DNA from: an uncultured Candidatus Pelagibacter sp.
Lineage (GTDB): Bacteria > Pseudomonadota > Alphaproteobacteria > Pelagibacterales > Pelagibacteraceae
DNA: 54,933 nt
Assembly: GCA_964484975.1 (NCBI GenBank)
Contig: CAZAGV010000001.1
Location: 1 to 54,933 of the forward strand
Direction: 5' to 3'
This document shows, piece after piece, positions 30,686-40,202 of the stretch. Every line of letters starts with the position of its first letter. Position 1 is the stretch's first letter. The position numbers were made by a program, and so were the translations under genes. The notes beneath the pieces were generated by a model. The model did no database searches and was not told the origin of the DNA. It saw only the letters and a list, made by a program, of their open reading frames with translations.

Positions 30686-31911
30686 ACTAGTTTAATTTTT
30701 AAATGTTTCTTTTTACCAATTGATAGTTTTAAAAAATTATTTTTACCGAATGATTTTTTTTGTATTATAAATTTTTCATCAATAATTATTTCATTATTTA
30801 TTCTGATACCCTTACCTTTAATTAGTCTTCTTATTTCACTTTTGGATTTTTCAATTTTTGATAAAATAATTAAATCAATTATATTTATATTACTACCATC
30901 TTTTAATTGAACATCTACTGAAGGTACATTTTCCCCTAATGAATTTTCTTCAAAAGTTTTCTTCGCAGTTTTTTCAGCAGACAAAGCTTCATCTTTTCCA
31001 TGAAGCATTGATGTGGTTTCATTTGCTAATTTAATTTTTAATTGATTGACATCTTCATCTTTTATTTTATTAATTTCATCAACATTTAAATCTGTAAACA
31101 TTTTTAAAAATTTGACTACATCTCTGTCATCAACATTTCTCCAAAACTGCCAATAATCATAAGAAGATAATAATTTTTTATCTAACCAAATTGCACCAGT
31201 TTCTGTTTTTCCCATTTTAGCTCCTGAAGCCAATGTTATTAAAGGGGTAGTTAAACCATAAGCTTGCTTATTAGAATGTCTTTTTATAAGATCAGTTCCA
31301 TTAACTATATTTCCCCATTGGTCAGAGCCACCAATTTGTAAAGCACAATTTTCTTTTTTATTTAATTCTAAAAAATCATATGCTTGTAAAATCATATAGT
31401 TGAATTCCATATAACTTAAGGATTGTTCTCTATCTAATCTACTCTTGACACTTTCAAAAGTAAGCATTTTGTTAATTGTAAAATGCTTTCCAATATCTCT
31501 TAAAAAAGAAATATAATTTAATCCTTTAAGCCAAGAATAATTATTTACAAAAATTGGTTTAGTTTTTGGGTCGTCATTATCTAAATAATTTTTTAATATT
31601 TTTTCAATATTTTTAATATTTTTTTCTATTTCTTCTTCATTTAGAATTTTTCTTGTTTTATCTTTTCCCGAAGGGTCGCCAATTCTAGTTGTTCCTCCAC
31701 CAATCAGTACAATTGGTCTATGCCCATATTTCTGTAACAATCGCAAACACATTATTTGAAGCAAACTTCCAACATGAAGACTTTCAGCTGTGCAATCAAA
31801 ACCTATATAACCTTTGATTTTTTCTTTATCTAGTAATTTAGATAATTCATCTTCACTTGTGCATTGGTAGAAATACCCTCTATCTTTAAATTCTTTTAAA
31901 AATTTATTCAT
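30682..31911 (-). CDS. tyrS: Tyrosine--tRNA ligase
   Basis: GFDCTAESLHVGS, GDPSGK, QIGGSDQWGN, KMGKT; ATG at 31911. Confidence 0.98.
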   Translation of the reverse strand: MNKFLKEFKDRGYFYQCTSEDELSKLLDKEKIKGYIGFDCTAESLHVGSLLQIMCLRLLQKYGHRPIVLIGGGTTRIGDPSGKDKTRKILNEEEIEKNIKNIEKILKNYLDNDDPKTKPIFVNNYSWLKGLNYISFLRDIGKHFTINKMLTFESVKSRLDREQSLSYMEFNYMILQAYDFLELNKKENCALQIGGSDQWGNIVNGTDLIKRHSNKQAYGLTTPLITLASGAKMGKTETGAIWLDKKLLSSYDYWQFWRNVDDRDVVKFLKMFTDLNVDEINKIKDEDVNQLKIKLANETTSMLHGKDEALSAEKTAKKTFEENSLGENVPSVDVQLKDGSNINIIDLIILSKIEKSKSEIRRLIKGKGIRINNEIIIDEKFIIQKKSFGKNNFLKLSIGKKKHLKIKLV

Positions 31912-31958
31912 AGGTCTATAGTTCCACAATATACATTATTTAATAAAAAAAAATAAGA

Positions 31959-33059
31959 ATGGGAAAGATATATACAGCTTTAGGATTAATGAGCGGAACA
32001 TCAATGGATGGTGTAGATGCTTCAATTATCCAATCAGATGGTAATAAAGAATATCGAACTATATTGGACAAATACTTTGTATATAACAATGATTTTCATC
32101 AGAAATTGTTAAAAATTAGGAATAAAGTCATCGTAAAAAATGATCTCCAGACATACTTTGACGAAATCAAATCAATTGAGGAAGAAATTACAATATTTCA
32201 TGCAAATGTAGTAAATGAAATTATTGAAAAAACAAAAATAGAAGTAAATTTTATAGGTTTTCACGGACAAACAATATTTCATGATCCTAAAAACAGTATC
32301 AGCAAACAACTGGGCGATGGAAAGTTATTATCTCAGCTAACTAAAAAATTGGTTATTTACAATTTTAGACAAAATGATTTAAAAAATGGCGGCCAAGGAG
32401 CCCCATTAACACCTATTTATCATAAATTATTAGTTGAAACTTTTAGAAAAGAAAAAAAAATAAAACTTCCAGTTACAATTTTAAACATTGGTGGAATTGC
32501 AAATATTACAACTATTAATGAAAATTATGAAATGAACAGCATGGATATTGGACCGGGCAATTGTTTAATTGATAAATGGATCAAAGTAAATTCTGATAAA
32601 AATTTTGATGAAAATGGTAACATTGGTAAGTCAGGAAATATTGATAAATTTATTTTAAAACAATCTTTAGATAAATTTTATAATGGCAATACTAGCAAAA
32701 AAAAGTCACTAGATATAAATGATTTTGATATGTCCTTTGCAAAAGGACTTTCGCTAGAGAATGGTGCAGCTACAATTACAGAATTTACAGCAGATATATT
32801 ATCTAAAAAAATTTCAGAAAATGATGTTTATGTTTGTGGAGGAGGAAGAAAAAATAAATTTTTAATAGAAAAGATTCAAAACAAAATTAAAAACAAAATT
32901 AAAAATATAAATTATCTTGGTATAGATGGCGACTATACAGAATCCCAAGCATTTGGTTATCTTGCTATAAGATCATATTTAAAACTACCTATTTCTTTTC
33001 CAGAAACTACGGGATGTAAAGAAGAATGTACTGGTGGAGTAATAGTTAAAAATTATTAA
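31959..33059 (+). CDS. anmK: Anhydro-N-acetylmuramic acid kinase
   Basis: GLMSGTSMDGVD, GFHGQT, GGQGAPL, NIGGIAN, D.GPGN, CGGG. Confidence 0.97.
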   Translation: MGKIYTALGLMSGTSMDGVDASIIQSDGNKEYRTILDKYFVYNNDFHQKLLKIRNKVIVKNDLQTYFDEIKSIEEEITIFHANVVNEIIEKTKIEVNFIGFHGQTIFHDPKNSISKQLGDGKLLSQLTKKLVIYNFRQNDLKNGGQGAPLTPIYHKLLVETFRKEKKIKLPVTILNIGGIANITTINENYEMNSMDIGPGNCLIDKWIKVNSDKNFDENGNIGKSGNIDKFILKQSLDKFYNGNTSKKKSLDINDFDMSFAKGLSLENGAATITEFTADILSKKISENDVYVCGGGRKNKFLIEKIQNKIKNKIKNINYLGIDGDYTESQAFGYLAIRSYLKLPISFPETTGCKEECTGGVIVKNY

Positions 33060-33712
33060 TATAAAGCAGATTCTTTTTTTATATATTTATTCAAAGATTT
33101 TATTAATGATTGATCAGATTTTGCAAAAAAATGATTAGCATCTGGAATAGCTTCAAATTCAACCTTAATACCTTTTTGTGCACTTAATCTTTTATTTAAT
33201 TGATCAATATCCTCAATAGGTACAAGCTCATCTTTTTTTCCATAAATCATTAAACCTGAAGATGGACATGGAGATAAAAAAGAAAAATCATAAACATTTG
33301 GTTGAGGAGATATAGCAATAAATCTATTTATTTCAGGTCTTCTCATTAACAATTGCATTGAAATTAAAGACCCAAAAGAAAATCCTGAAATCCAACATTG
33401 TGAATTATCAAAATTTTCTCTTTCTAACCAATCAAGAGCTGCAGCAGCATCAGCAAGTTCTCCTTGGCCATTATCGAATTCTCCATCACTTTTTCCAACG
33501 CCTCTAAAATTTATTCTACAAACCGAAAAATCATTTTCCATAAACACATGAAATGTATCAACCACAACTTTATTATTCATCGTCCCTCCATATTGGGGGT
33601 GTGGATGTAAAATTAGAGCTATCGGTGAAGTATTTTTTTTACTTTTATAATATTTTGCTTCAAGCCTTCCAGCAGGTCCTGGTATAAATATTTCAACTAT
33701 TTTGCTATCCAT
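33056..33712 (-). CDS. Alpha/beta hydrolase usually linked to the iscR-suf locus
   Basis: GPAGRLE, HPHPQYGGTM.N, NFRGVG.S.G, GFSFG nucleophile elbow, ANHFF. Confidence 0.9.
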   Translation of the reverse strand: MDSKIVEIFIPGPAGRLEAKYYKSKKNTSPIALILHPHPQYGGTMNNKVVVDTFHVFMENDFSVCRINFRGVGKSDGEFDNGQGELADAAAALDWLERENFDNSQCWISGFSFGSLISMQLLMRRPEINRFIAISPQPNVYDFSFLSPCPSSGLMIYGKKDELVPIEDIDQLNKRLSAQKGIKVEFEAIPDANHFFAKSDQSLIKSLNKYIKKESALY

Positions 33713-33798
33713 AAAAGATTTTGATAATTATTCTCAAAAAAAAATTATATTTTTCTACCAAAATTGAGCGACAAAAAGCAAGTCTTTAAATAAGTTAT

Positions 33799-33823
33799 AA
33801 ACTTGACTAAATTAGTCAGGTAT
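33799..33823. promoter_or_regulatory. IscR type-1-like operator overlapping the -35 (TTGACT) of the iscR-suf promoter
   Basis: AAACTTGACTAAATTAGTCAGGTAT is a 25-bp imperfect palindrome with core TGACTAA-A-TTAGTCA, 27 nt upstream of the Rrf2 ATG. Confidence 0.85.
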
Positions 33824-33850
33824 ATATAAAGTCCATGAATTGCGGAAAAT

Positions 33851-34273
33851 ATGAAATTATCAAGTAAAGGCAGGTATGCTGTAATGGCGCTTGCGGATCT
33901 AGCTAAATTTGATCCGAATGAGCCAGTTTCTCTTAGAGATATATCTTTAAGACAAGGGATATCATTAGATTATTTAGAACAGTTATTTTTCAAACTGAAA
34001 AAAAATCAAATTGTTAATAGCATAAGAGGAAATAAAGGTGGTTATACTTTAAGTAGAAACGCTTCTGAAATTAAAATCTCAGAAGTATTTTTGGCAGTAG
34101 AAGAAAAAGTAAAAACAGTGGGTTGTGAAAAGCATTCTAAAAAAGGATGTAATGGAAAAAGTGCAAAATGCGTTACTCATAATTTGTGGGACGAACTTGA
34201 AGATTATATTAATAATTTTTTTGAAAAAAAAAAATTAAGCGATCTAATAAACAAAAAAGATAATAGAATTTAA
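33851..34273 (+). CDS. iscR: Rrf2-family Fe-S cluster regulator IscR
   Basis: MKLSSKGRYAV.A..DLA, SLDYLEQLF, GGY.L; three Cys plus His (GC...GC.....C.THNLW). Confidence 0.9.
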   Translation: MKLSSKGRYAVMALADLAKFDPNEPVSLRDISLRQGISLDYLEQLFFKLKKNQIVNSIRGNKGGYTLSRNASEIKISEVFLAVEEKVKTVGCEKHSKKGCNGKSAKCVTHNLWDELEDYINNFFEKKKLSDLINKKDNRI

Positions 34274-35710
34274 ATGAGAGAAAAAGAGATAGATAAACTA
34301 AAAGATTACAAATACGGATTCACCACCGATATAGAAAATATCAAGGCGCCCAAAGGCTTAAGTAAAGAAGTTATTAAATTTATATCTCAAGCAAAGAAAG
34401 AACCAAAATGGATGTTAGATTGGAGAATGAAAGCTTATGAAAGATTAAAAAATTTAAAAGAACCAAATTGGCAAAAACCAAAGTATCCAAAAATTGATTA
34501 TCAAGATATTTATTATTATTCAGCACCTAAAAGTGTAAGCGAAAAACCAAAGAACTTAGATGAACTTGATCCAAAACTTTTAGAAACTTACAAGAAACTT
34601 GGTATACCATTACAAGAACAGCAAAGATTAAATGGTATTGCTGTAGATGCTGTATTTGATTCTGTTTCTGTAGCTACAACTTTTAAAGACAAACTAAATG
34701 AAGTGGGAGTAATCTTTTGTTCAATTTCCGAAGCAATACAAAAACATTCTGAACTTGTAAAAAAATATTTAGGTTCTGTAATTCCTTTAACTGATCACTA
34801 CTTTGCAACTTTAAATTCAGCTGTTTTTACAGATGGTTCCTTTGTTTATATTCCACCTGGAGTGAAATGTCCTATGGAACTATCAACATATTTTAGAATT
34901 AATGCATCTCAAACAGGGCAATTTGAGAGAACATTAATAATTGCAGATAAAGGTAGTTATGTAAGTTATTTAGAAGGATGTACAGCTCCTATGAGAGATG
35001 AAAACCAACTTCATGCAGCAAACGTAGAATTAGTTGCTTTAGATGATGCTGAAATTAAATATTCAACTGTTCAAAATTGGTACCCTGGAGATGAGGATGG
35101 AAAAGGTGGTATTTATAATTTTGTTACTAAAAGAGGTTTATGCAAAGGAACAAATTCTAAGATTTCTTGGACACAAGTAGAAACAGGATCAGCTATTACT
35201 TGGAAATACCCTAGTTGTGTTCTCCAAGGGGATAATTCTATTGGAGAGTTTTATTCTATTGCAATTACAAATAACCACCAAAAAGCAGATACAGGTACAA
35301 AAATGATACATTTAGGAAAAAATACCAAGAGTAAAATTATTTCTAAAGGGATTAGCGCAGGTTTTTCTGACATGACCTATAGAGGATTAGTAGATATTTC
35401 TCCTAAAGCAAAAAATTCTAGAAATTATACACAATGCGATTCTTTATTAATGGGCAATAAATGTGGTGCCCATACTGTCCCTTATATAAAAAATAAAAAC
35501 CCAGAATCTAATATAGCTCATGAAGCCACTACATCAAAAATAAGTGAAGAACAGCTACACTATTGTCAACAAAGAGGCTTAAATTCTGAAGAAGCAGTGG
35601 GATTGATAGTTAATGGTTTTTGTAAAGAAGTCTTACAACAATTACCTATGGAGTTTGCTGTTGAAGCACAAAAACTTGTTGGAATAAGTTTAGAAGGAAG
35701 TGTTGGTTAA
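34274..35710 (+). CDS. sufB: Fe-S assembly protein SufB
   Basis: [44 protein letters not shown]. Confidence 0.98.
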   Translation: MREKEIDKLKDYKYGFTTDIENIKAPKGLSKEVIKFISQAKKEPKWMLDWRMKAYERLKNLKEPNWQKPKYPKIDYQDIYYYSAPKSVSEKPKNLDELDPKLLETYKKLGIPLQEQQRLNGIAVDAVFDSVSVATTFKDKLNEVGVIFCSISEAIQKHSELVKKYLGSVIPLTDHYFATLNSAVFTDGSFVYIPPGVKCPMELSTYFRINASQTGQFERTLIIADKGSYVSYLEGCTAPMRDENQLHAANVELVALDDAEIKYSTVQNWYPGDEDGKGGIYNFVTKRGLCKGTNSKISWTQVETGSAITWKYPSCVLQGDNSIGEFYSIAITNNHQKADTGTKMIHLGKNTKSKIISKGISAGFSDMTYRGLVDISPKAKNSRNYTQCDSLLMGNKCGAHTVPYIKNKNPESNIAHEATTSKISEEQLHYCQQRGLNSEEAVGLIVNGFCKEVLQQLPMEFAVEAQKLVGISLEGSVG

Positions 35711-36445
35711 ATGTTAAAAATAAAAAATTTAAAAGCTGAAATTGACAACAAAACTATTTTAAATGAATTTAACCTTGAAATAAAAGCTGGTGAAGTTCAT
35801 GCAGTTATGGGTCCCAATGGATCGGGAAAAAGCACTTTATCAAATATTTTATCAGGGAAAAAAGGTTATCAAGTTTCTGGAGAAATTTTATTTGAAAATA
35901 AAAATCTTTTTGAGCTTGAAACAGAAGAGAGAGCACATAAAGGAATATTTTTAGCTTTCCAATATCCACTTGAAATACCAGGGGTTAATACAAATATTTT
36001 TTTAAAAACATCTCTTAATGCAATTAGAAAAGCCAGAGGAGAAAAAGAACTTGATGCAATAGAGTTTTTAAAATTAGTAAAATTGAAAGCAAAGAATTTA
36101 AAATTTGATGAGGAAAAATTAAATAGACAATTGAACGTTGGATTTTCTGGTGGAGAAAAAAAGAAGAATGAAATATTGCAAATGTCTATTTTAAACCCAA
36201 AGCTTTCAATTTTAGATGAAACTGACTCCGGTTTAGATATTGATGCACTGAAGATTGTTGCAGACGGGGTTAATGCTTTGAGGAAAAAAGATAATTCATT
36301 TTTAATAATTACACACTACCAGAGATTACTAGACTATATTAAACCAGATTATGTTCATGTTTTAATGAATGGAAAAATAATCAAATCAGGTGGCCCGAAG
36401 CTTGCATTAGAATTAGAAAGTAAAGGATATGAAAAATTTAATTAA
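35711..36445 (+). CDS. sufC: Fe-S assembly ATPase SufC
   Basis: GPNGSGKST, AFQYP.EIPGV, FSGGEKK, LDETDSGLDID, ITHYQRLL. Confidence 0.98.
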   Translation: MLKIKNLKAEIDNKTILNEFNLEIKAGEVHAVMGPNGSGKSTLSNILSGKKGYQVSGEILFENKNLFELETEERAHKGIFLAFQYPLEIPGVNTNIFLKTSLNAIRKARGEKELDAIEFLKLVKLKAKNLKFDEEKLNRQLNVGFSGGEKKKNEILQMSILNPKLSILDETDSGLDIDALKIVADGVNALRKKDNSFLIITHYQRLLDYIKPDYVHVLMNGKIIKSGGPKLALELESKGYEKFN

Positions 36446-37693
36446 ATGAAAGAACAATTAAAAATAGATTTTGAAAAGTTATTAAAAAGCTTAAATTTCT
36501 CGAAGGAAAATATTGAGTTTAAGAGAAAAAATTTTAATAACTTTGTTGAAAAAGGGTTTCCAAATAAAAGAGAAGAAAATTGGAAATTTTCAGATCTTAA
36601 CCAAATAATTTCAAAAAATATTAAAAATTTAAGTTTTTATAATGATTTATCTAAACCTAATAAAATAAACAAATCTATTTTTGTTGATAGTTTAGAACAT
36701 AACAAGCTTGTTTTTGTTAATGGTAGAATTGAAAAAATAGAATTTGATTATGAGGAAAAAAATAAAATTGAAATATTAGATGATTTAGTCATAGAAAAAG
36801 CTAACAATAACAACAATTCTCTGCTTTTTTTAAATAATGCATTTGCAAGTAAATATTTTAAATTAATCGTAAAAAAAAATTATTCACTAAAAAAACCATT
36901 AGTTATTTATAATATTACTAATAAAGATTTAGTTTCTAAAAGTATTAATTTAAAAATTGATATTTTACTTGAGGAAAATAGTTCTTTAAAACTTATAGAA
37001 TTTTCTAAAGACAAATCAGTAACCAATTTTATAAATATTGTTTATAACTTTGAAGTTGACAAAAATTCTATTTTGAAAAATTATAAAATTGATAATAACT
37101 CTAACAACAATATAAAATACTATTATAATAATATTAATCAGGATATTAATAGTATTGCAGAAATATTTATTCTTTCATCTGGATCAGAATTTTTAAAAAA
37201 TGAAATCAATTGTAATCTTAATGGAAAATATTCGTCAGCTTTTATAAATGGAATTTTTATTTTAAATAAAACAAAACACCATGAAATTAAAACTAACATA
37301 AATCATTTAATTGAAAATACTAAGAGCTATCAATTAATCAAAGGTGTTTTAGAAGATAAATCAAAAGCAGTTTATCAAGGTAAAATTTTTGTTAATTCAA
37401 AAGCTCAAAAAACCGATGGTTATCAACTGAGTAAAGCTATTTTATTAAATGATAATACCGAATTTAATGCTAAACCAGAATTAGAGATTTATGCCGACGA
37501 TGTTAAATGTTCTCACGGTTCTGCATCTGGAAGTTTAAATGAAGATTCAATATTTTATTTAATGTCCAGAGGTCTAAATTATGATGAAGCAAAAAAACTT
37601 TTAATCAATGGTTTTTTACTAGATGTCATTGAAAAAATTACAGATTCAGAAATTAAAAACTTAATAAAAAATATTATGAGTTTAAAAGAATGA
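36446..37693 (+). CDS. sufD: Fe-S assembly protein SufD
   Basis: E.WKF.DL, AQKTDG, KPELEIYADDVKCSHG, FYLMSRG. Confidence 0.96.
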   Translation: MKEQLKIDFEKLLKSLNFSKENIEFKRKNFNNFVEKGFPNKREENWKFSDLNQIISKNIKNLSFYNDLSKPNKINKSIFVDSLEHNKLVFVNGRIEKIEFDYEEKNKIEILDDLVIEKANNNNNSLLFLNNAFASKYFKLIVKKNYSLKKPLVIYNITNKDLVSKSINLKIDILLEENSSLKLIEFSKDKSVTNFINIVYNFEVDKNSILKNYKIDNNSNNNIKYYYNNINQDINSIAEIFILSSGSEFLKNEINCNLNGKYSSAFINGIFILNKTKHHEIKTNINHLIENTKSYQLIKGVLEDKSKAVYQGKIFVNSKAQKTDGYQLSKAILLNDNTEFNAKPELEIYADDVKCSHGSASGSLNEDSIFYLMSRGLNYDEAKKLLINGFLLDVIEKITDSEIKNLIKNIMSLKE

Positions 37694-38910
37694 ATATTAA
37701 CAATATAAAAAAAGAGTTTCCTATATTTGATAGCAAAGTTCATAATAATGATCTTGTTTATTTAGATAGCGCTAATTCTTCGCAAAAACCAAAAGTCGTA
37801 ATAGATAGAATATATGACTTTTATACTAAAGAATTTTCTAATGTAGGCAGAAGTGTTCATTACCTTGCTGTTACAGCAACGAACCTTTACGAAAATACAA
37901 GATCTTCAATTAGAAAGTACTTAAATGCGAAAGATGAAAATGAAATTGTTTTTACCAAAGGCGCAACTGAAGCAATCAATTTAGTTGCCAATACTTTTGG
38001 ACAAAAATACCTAAATGAAGGTGACGAAGTTTTGCTTACTGAGTTAGAGCATCATTCAAATTATGTTCCATGGCATTTTTTAAAAAATTCAAAAAAAATA
38101 AAAATAAATTTTGCTGAAATTAATCAAGATGGTGAAATCACTGTAGAAAGTATTGAAAAAAAAATTACTAAAAACACAAAGTTAATTGCTATTACACATA
38201 TATCAAATGTTACTGGTACAATTTTACCAATTAAAGAAATAACTGCAGTAGCCCATTCAAAAGGCATTCCGGTTCTAATTGATGGTTGCCAGGGAGCGCC
38301 GCATTTAAAACTAGATATGCAAGATATTGATTGTGATTTTTATGCAATTTCTTGTCATAAAATGTATGGACCAACAGGTTTGGGTATACTTTATGCCAAA
38401 AAAAAATGGTTAGATGATTTACCACCATATCAAGGAGGAGGAGGCATGATACAAGAAGTTAGCAAAGATAGCGTTACTTATGGAAATCTTCCAAATAAAT
38501 ATGAAGCGGGAACTATGGCAACAGCCCAGGTTATATCTTTCAATGAATCTATCAAATTCATAGAAAAAACAGGAATTGAAAATATTGAAAGACACGAATC
38601 TGAATTAATTCAATATGGACAAGAAATATTAAGAAAAAATAATTCAGTTAAATTAATAGGCAATCCCAAAAATAGAGGAAGTGTACTTTCATTTAATATT
38701 GACGGCATACATCCACACGATATAGCAACTATATTGGATGAAGATGGTGTAGCAATTAGAGCTGGACATCATTGTTGTCAAATACTTCATAAAAAATTAA
38801 ATTTAACAGCTTCTGCAAGAGCATCCATTGGAGTTTATAATACAAAAGATGACATTGATAAATTAAACGAGTCTATTAATAAATGTAAAAAAATATTTGA
38901 ATTAAAATGA
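37690..38910 (+). CDS. sufS: Cysteine desulfurase SufS
   Basis: YLDSA.SSQKP, EHHSN, SCHKMYGPTG, HPHD, RAGHHC. Confidence 0.97.
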   Translation: MNINNIKKEFPIFDSKVHNNDLVYLDSANSSQKPKVVIDRIYDFYTKEFSNVGRSVHYLAVTATNLYENTRSSIRKYLNAKDENEIVFTKGATEAINLVANTFGQKYLNEGDEVLLTELEHHSNYVPWHFLKNSKKIKINFAEINQDGEITVESIEKKITKNTKLIAITHISNVTGTILPIKEITAVAHSKGIPVLIDGCQGAPHLKLDMQDIDCDFYAISCHKMYGPTGLGILYAKKKWLDDLPPYQGGGGMIQEVSKDSVTYGNLPNKYEAGTMATAQVISFNESIKFIEKTGIENIERHESELIQYGQEILRKNNSVKLIGNPKNRGSVLSFNIDGIHPHDIATILDEDGVAIRAGHHCCQILHKKLNLTASARASIGVYNTKDDIDKLNESINKCKKIFELK

Positions 38911-39374
38911 ACTTAAAAGAATTATATCAGGAAATTATATTGGATCACGGAAAGAATCCAAGAAACTTAAGAAAAGCTGAAAATTTTAACAAAGATGCCA
39001 AAGGACACAATCCACTTTGCGGAGATAAGGTTCATATTTTTTTAAAATTAGATGAAAATAGAAAAATTCAAGATATTTCATTCGAAGGAAGTGGATGTGC
39101 TATTTCAATGGCATCCGCTTCTATTATGACTGAATTATTAAATGGTAAAAAAGAAAACCAAATTAATGAAATAGTTAAAGATTTTTTAGAAATGATTAAG
39201 AAAAAAGAAAATTTAGACAACAATGACCTGAATGATGATGAAAAAACAAAACTAATGTGTTTATCAGGAGTTAAGCAATATCCAATGAGAGTTAAATGTG
39301 CAACTTTGGCTTGGCATACACTAACCTCTGCCGTAAAAAATTCTCAAGAAGAAATTAATATTGAAAATCTATGA
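38907..39374 (+). CDS. sufU: SufU (NifU-like sulfur transfer protein)
   Basis: LYQEIILDH..NPRN, NPLCGD, GCAIS.ASAS, YPMRVKCA.LAW; lacks the IscU LPPVK motif. Confidence 0.92.
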   Translation: MNLKELYQEIILDHGKNPRNLRKAENFNKDAKGHNPLCGDKVHIFLKLDENRKIQDISFEGSGCAISMASASIMTELLNGKKENQINEIVKDFLEMIKKKENLDNNDLNDDEKTKLMCLSGVKQYPMRVKCATLAWHTLTSAVKNSQEEINIENL

Positions 39375-39670
39375 AGCTAAAAGAAAAAATAATTAGTGAA
39401 ATAAAAAAAATATACGATCCAGAATTACCAGTTAATATTTATGAACTCGGCTTAATTTATGATATAATAGTTGATAAAAAGAATAATGTTAAAATAAAAA
39501 TGACTTTAACTACCCCAAATTGTCCAGTAGCTGAAAGTTTACCTAATGAAGTAAAAAATAGTGTTAAAGATATAAAAGAAGTAAAAGATGTTGATTTAAA
39601 ATTAGTATGGGATCCACCTTGGGATAAATCAATGATGTCTGAGGCTGCAAAACTAGAATTAAATTTATGA
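39371..39670 (+). CDS. sufT: SufT / DUF59 Fe-S maturation protein
   Basis: DPELPVNIYELGLIY, MTLTTPNCP, WDPPW. Confidence 0.92.
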   Translation: MKLKEKIISEIKKIYDPELPVNIYELGLIYDIIVDKKNNVKIKMTLTTPNCPVAESLPNEVKNSVKDIKEVKDVDLKLVWDPPWDKSMMSEAAKLELNL

Positions 39671-40002
39671 CAAAACAAATAATTACATTAAGCGAAAATG
39701 CTGCTGTTAGAATAAAAGAAATAATGTCAAAAGCAGAAAGCAATGCTCTTGGTGTAAGAGTAGGTGTTAAATCTGGTGGATGTGCAGGCATGTCATATAC
39801 TATGGAATATACAAAAGAAATTAAACCAAACGATGAGCTAATTGAAGATAAAGGAGTTAAGCTTTTTGTAGATCCTGGTGCAATTATGTATCTTTTAGGC
39901 ACTGAAATGGACTATAAAAAAGATGAATTTTCCTCGTCTTTTGTCTTTAAAAATCCTAACGAAACTGAAAGATGTGGATGTGGAGAGTCATTTAAGATAT
40001 AA
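39667..40002 (+). CDS. sufA: A-type Fe-S carrier (SufA/IscA)
   Basis: GGCAG.SY, F.NPN...CGCGESF. Confidence 0.93.
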   Translation: MTKQIITLSENAAVRIKEIMSKAESNALGVRVGVKSGGCAGMSYTMEYTKEIKPNDELIEDKGVKLFVDPGAIMYLLGTEMDYKKDEFSSSFVFKNPNETERCGCGESFKI

Positions 40003-40011
40003 TGGTGCTTA

Positions 40012-40200
40012 ATGAGAGATACTAAACATTTAGAAAAACATGCTAATAAATTAGAAGAAAGCAAAAAAGAAAAGTCACTTTTTAGGTCTCAACGTAAAGC
40101 AGTCGAGGCTGGTGCACACGGAACTTTGGAGTACACTATAAAAAAAGGTGTGAATAAGAATAAAATTGCTGACGACAAAATTCTAAAAAGCAAAAAATAA
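40012..40200 (+). CDS. Small basic hypothetical protein (62 aa)
   Basis: Fills the sufA-glnA gap almost exactly (9 nt after sufA, 2 nt before the glnA stop); no motif recognised. Confidence 0.7.
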   Translation: MRDTKHLEKHANKLEESKKEKSLFRSQRKAVEAGAHGTLEYTIKKGVNKNKIADDKILKSKK

Positions 40201-40202
40201 TT

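Noticed and set aside
32878-32905. Short tandem repeat (AAAACAAAATTA x2) in anmK
   Set aside because: Low-complexity NKIK coding; only two copies.
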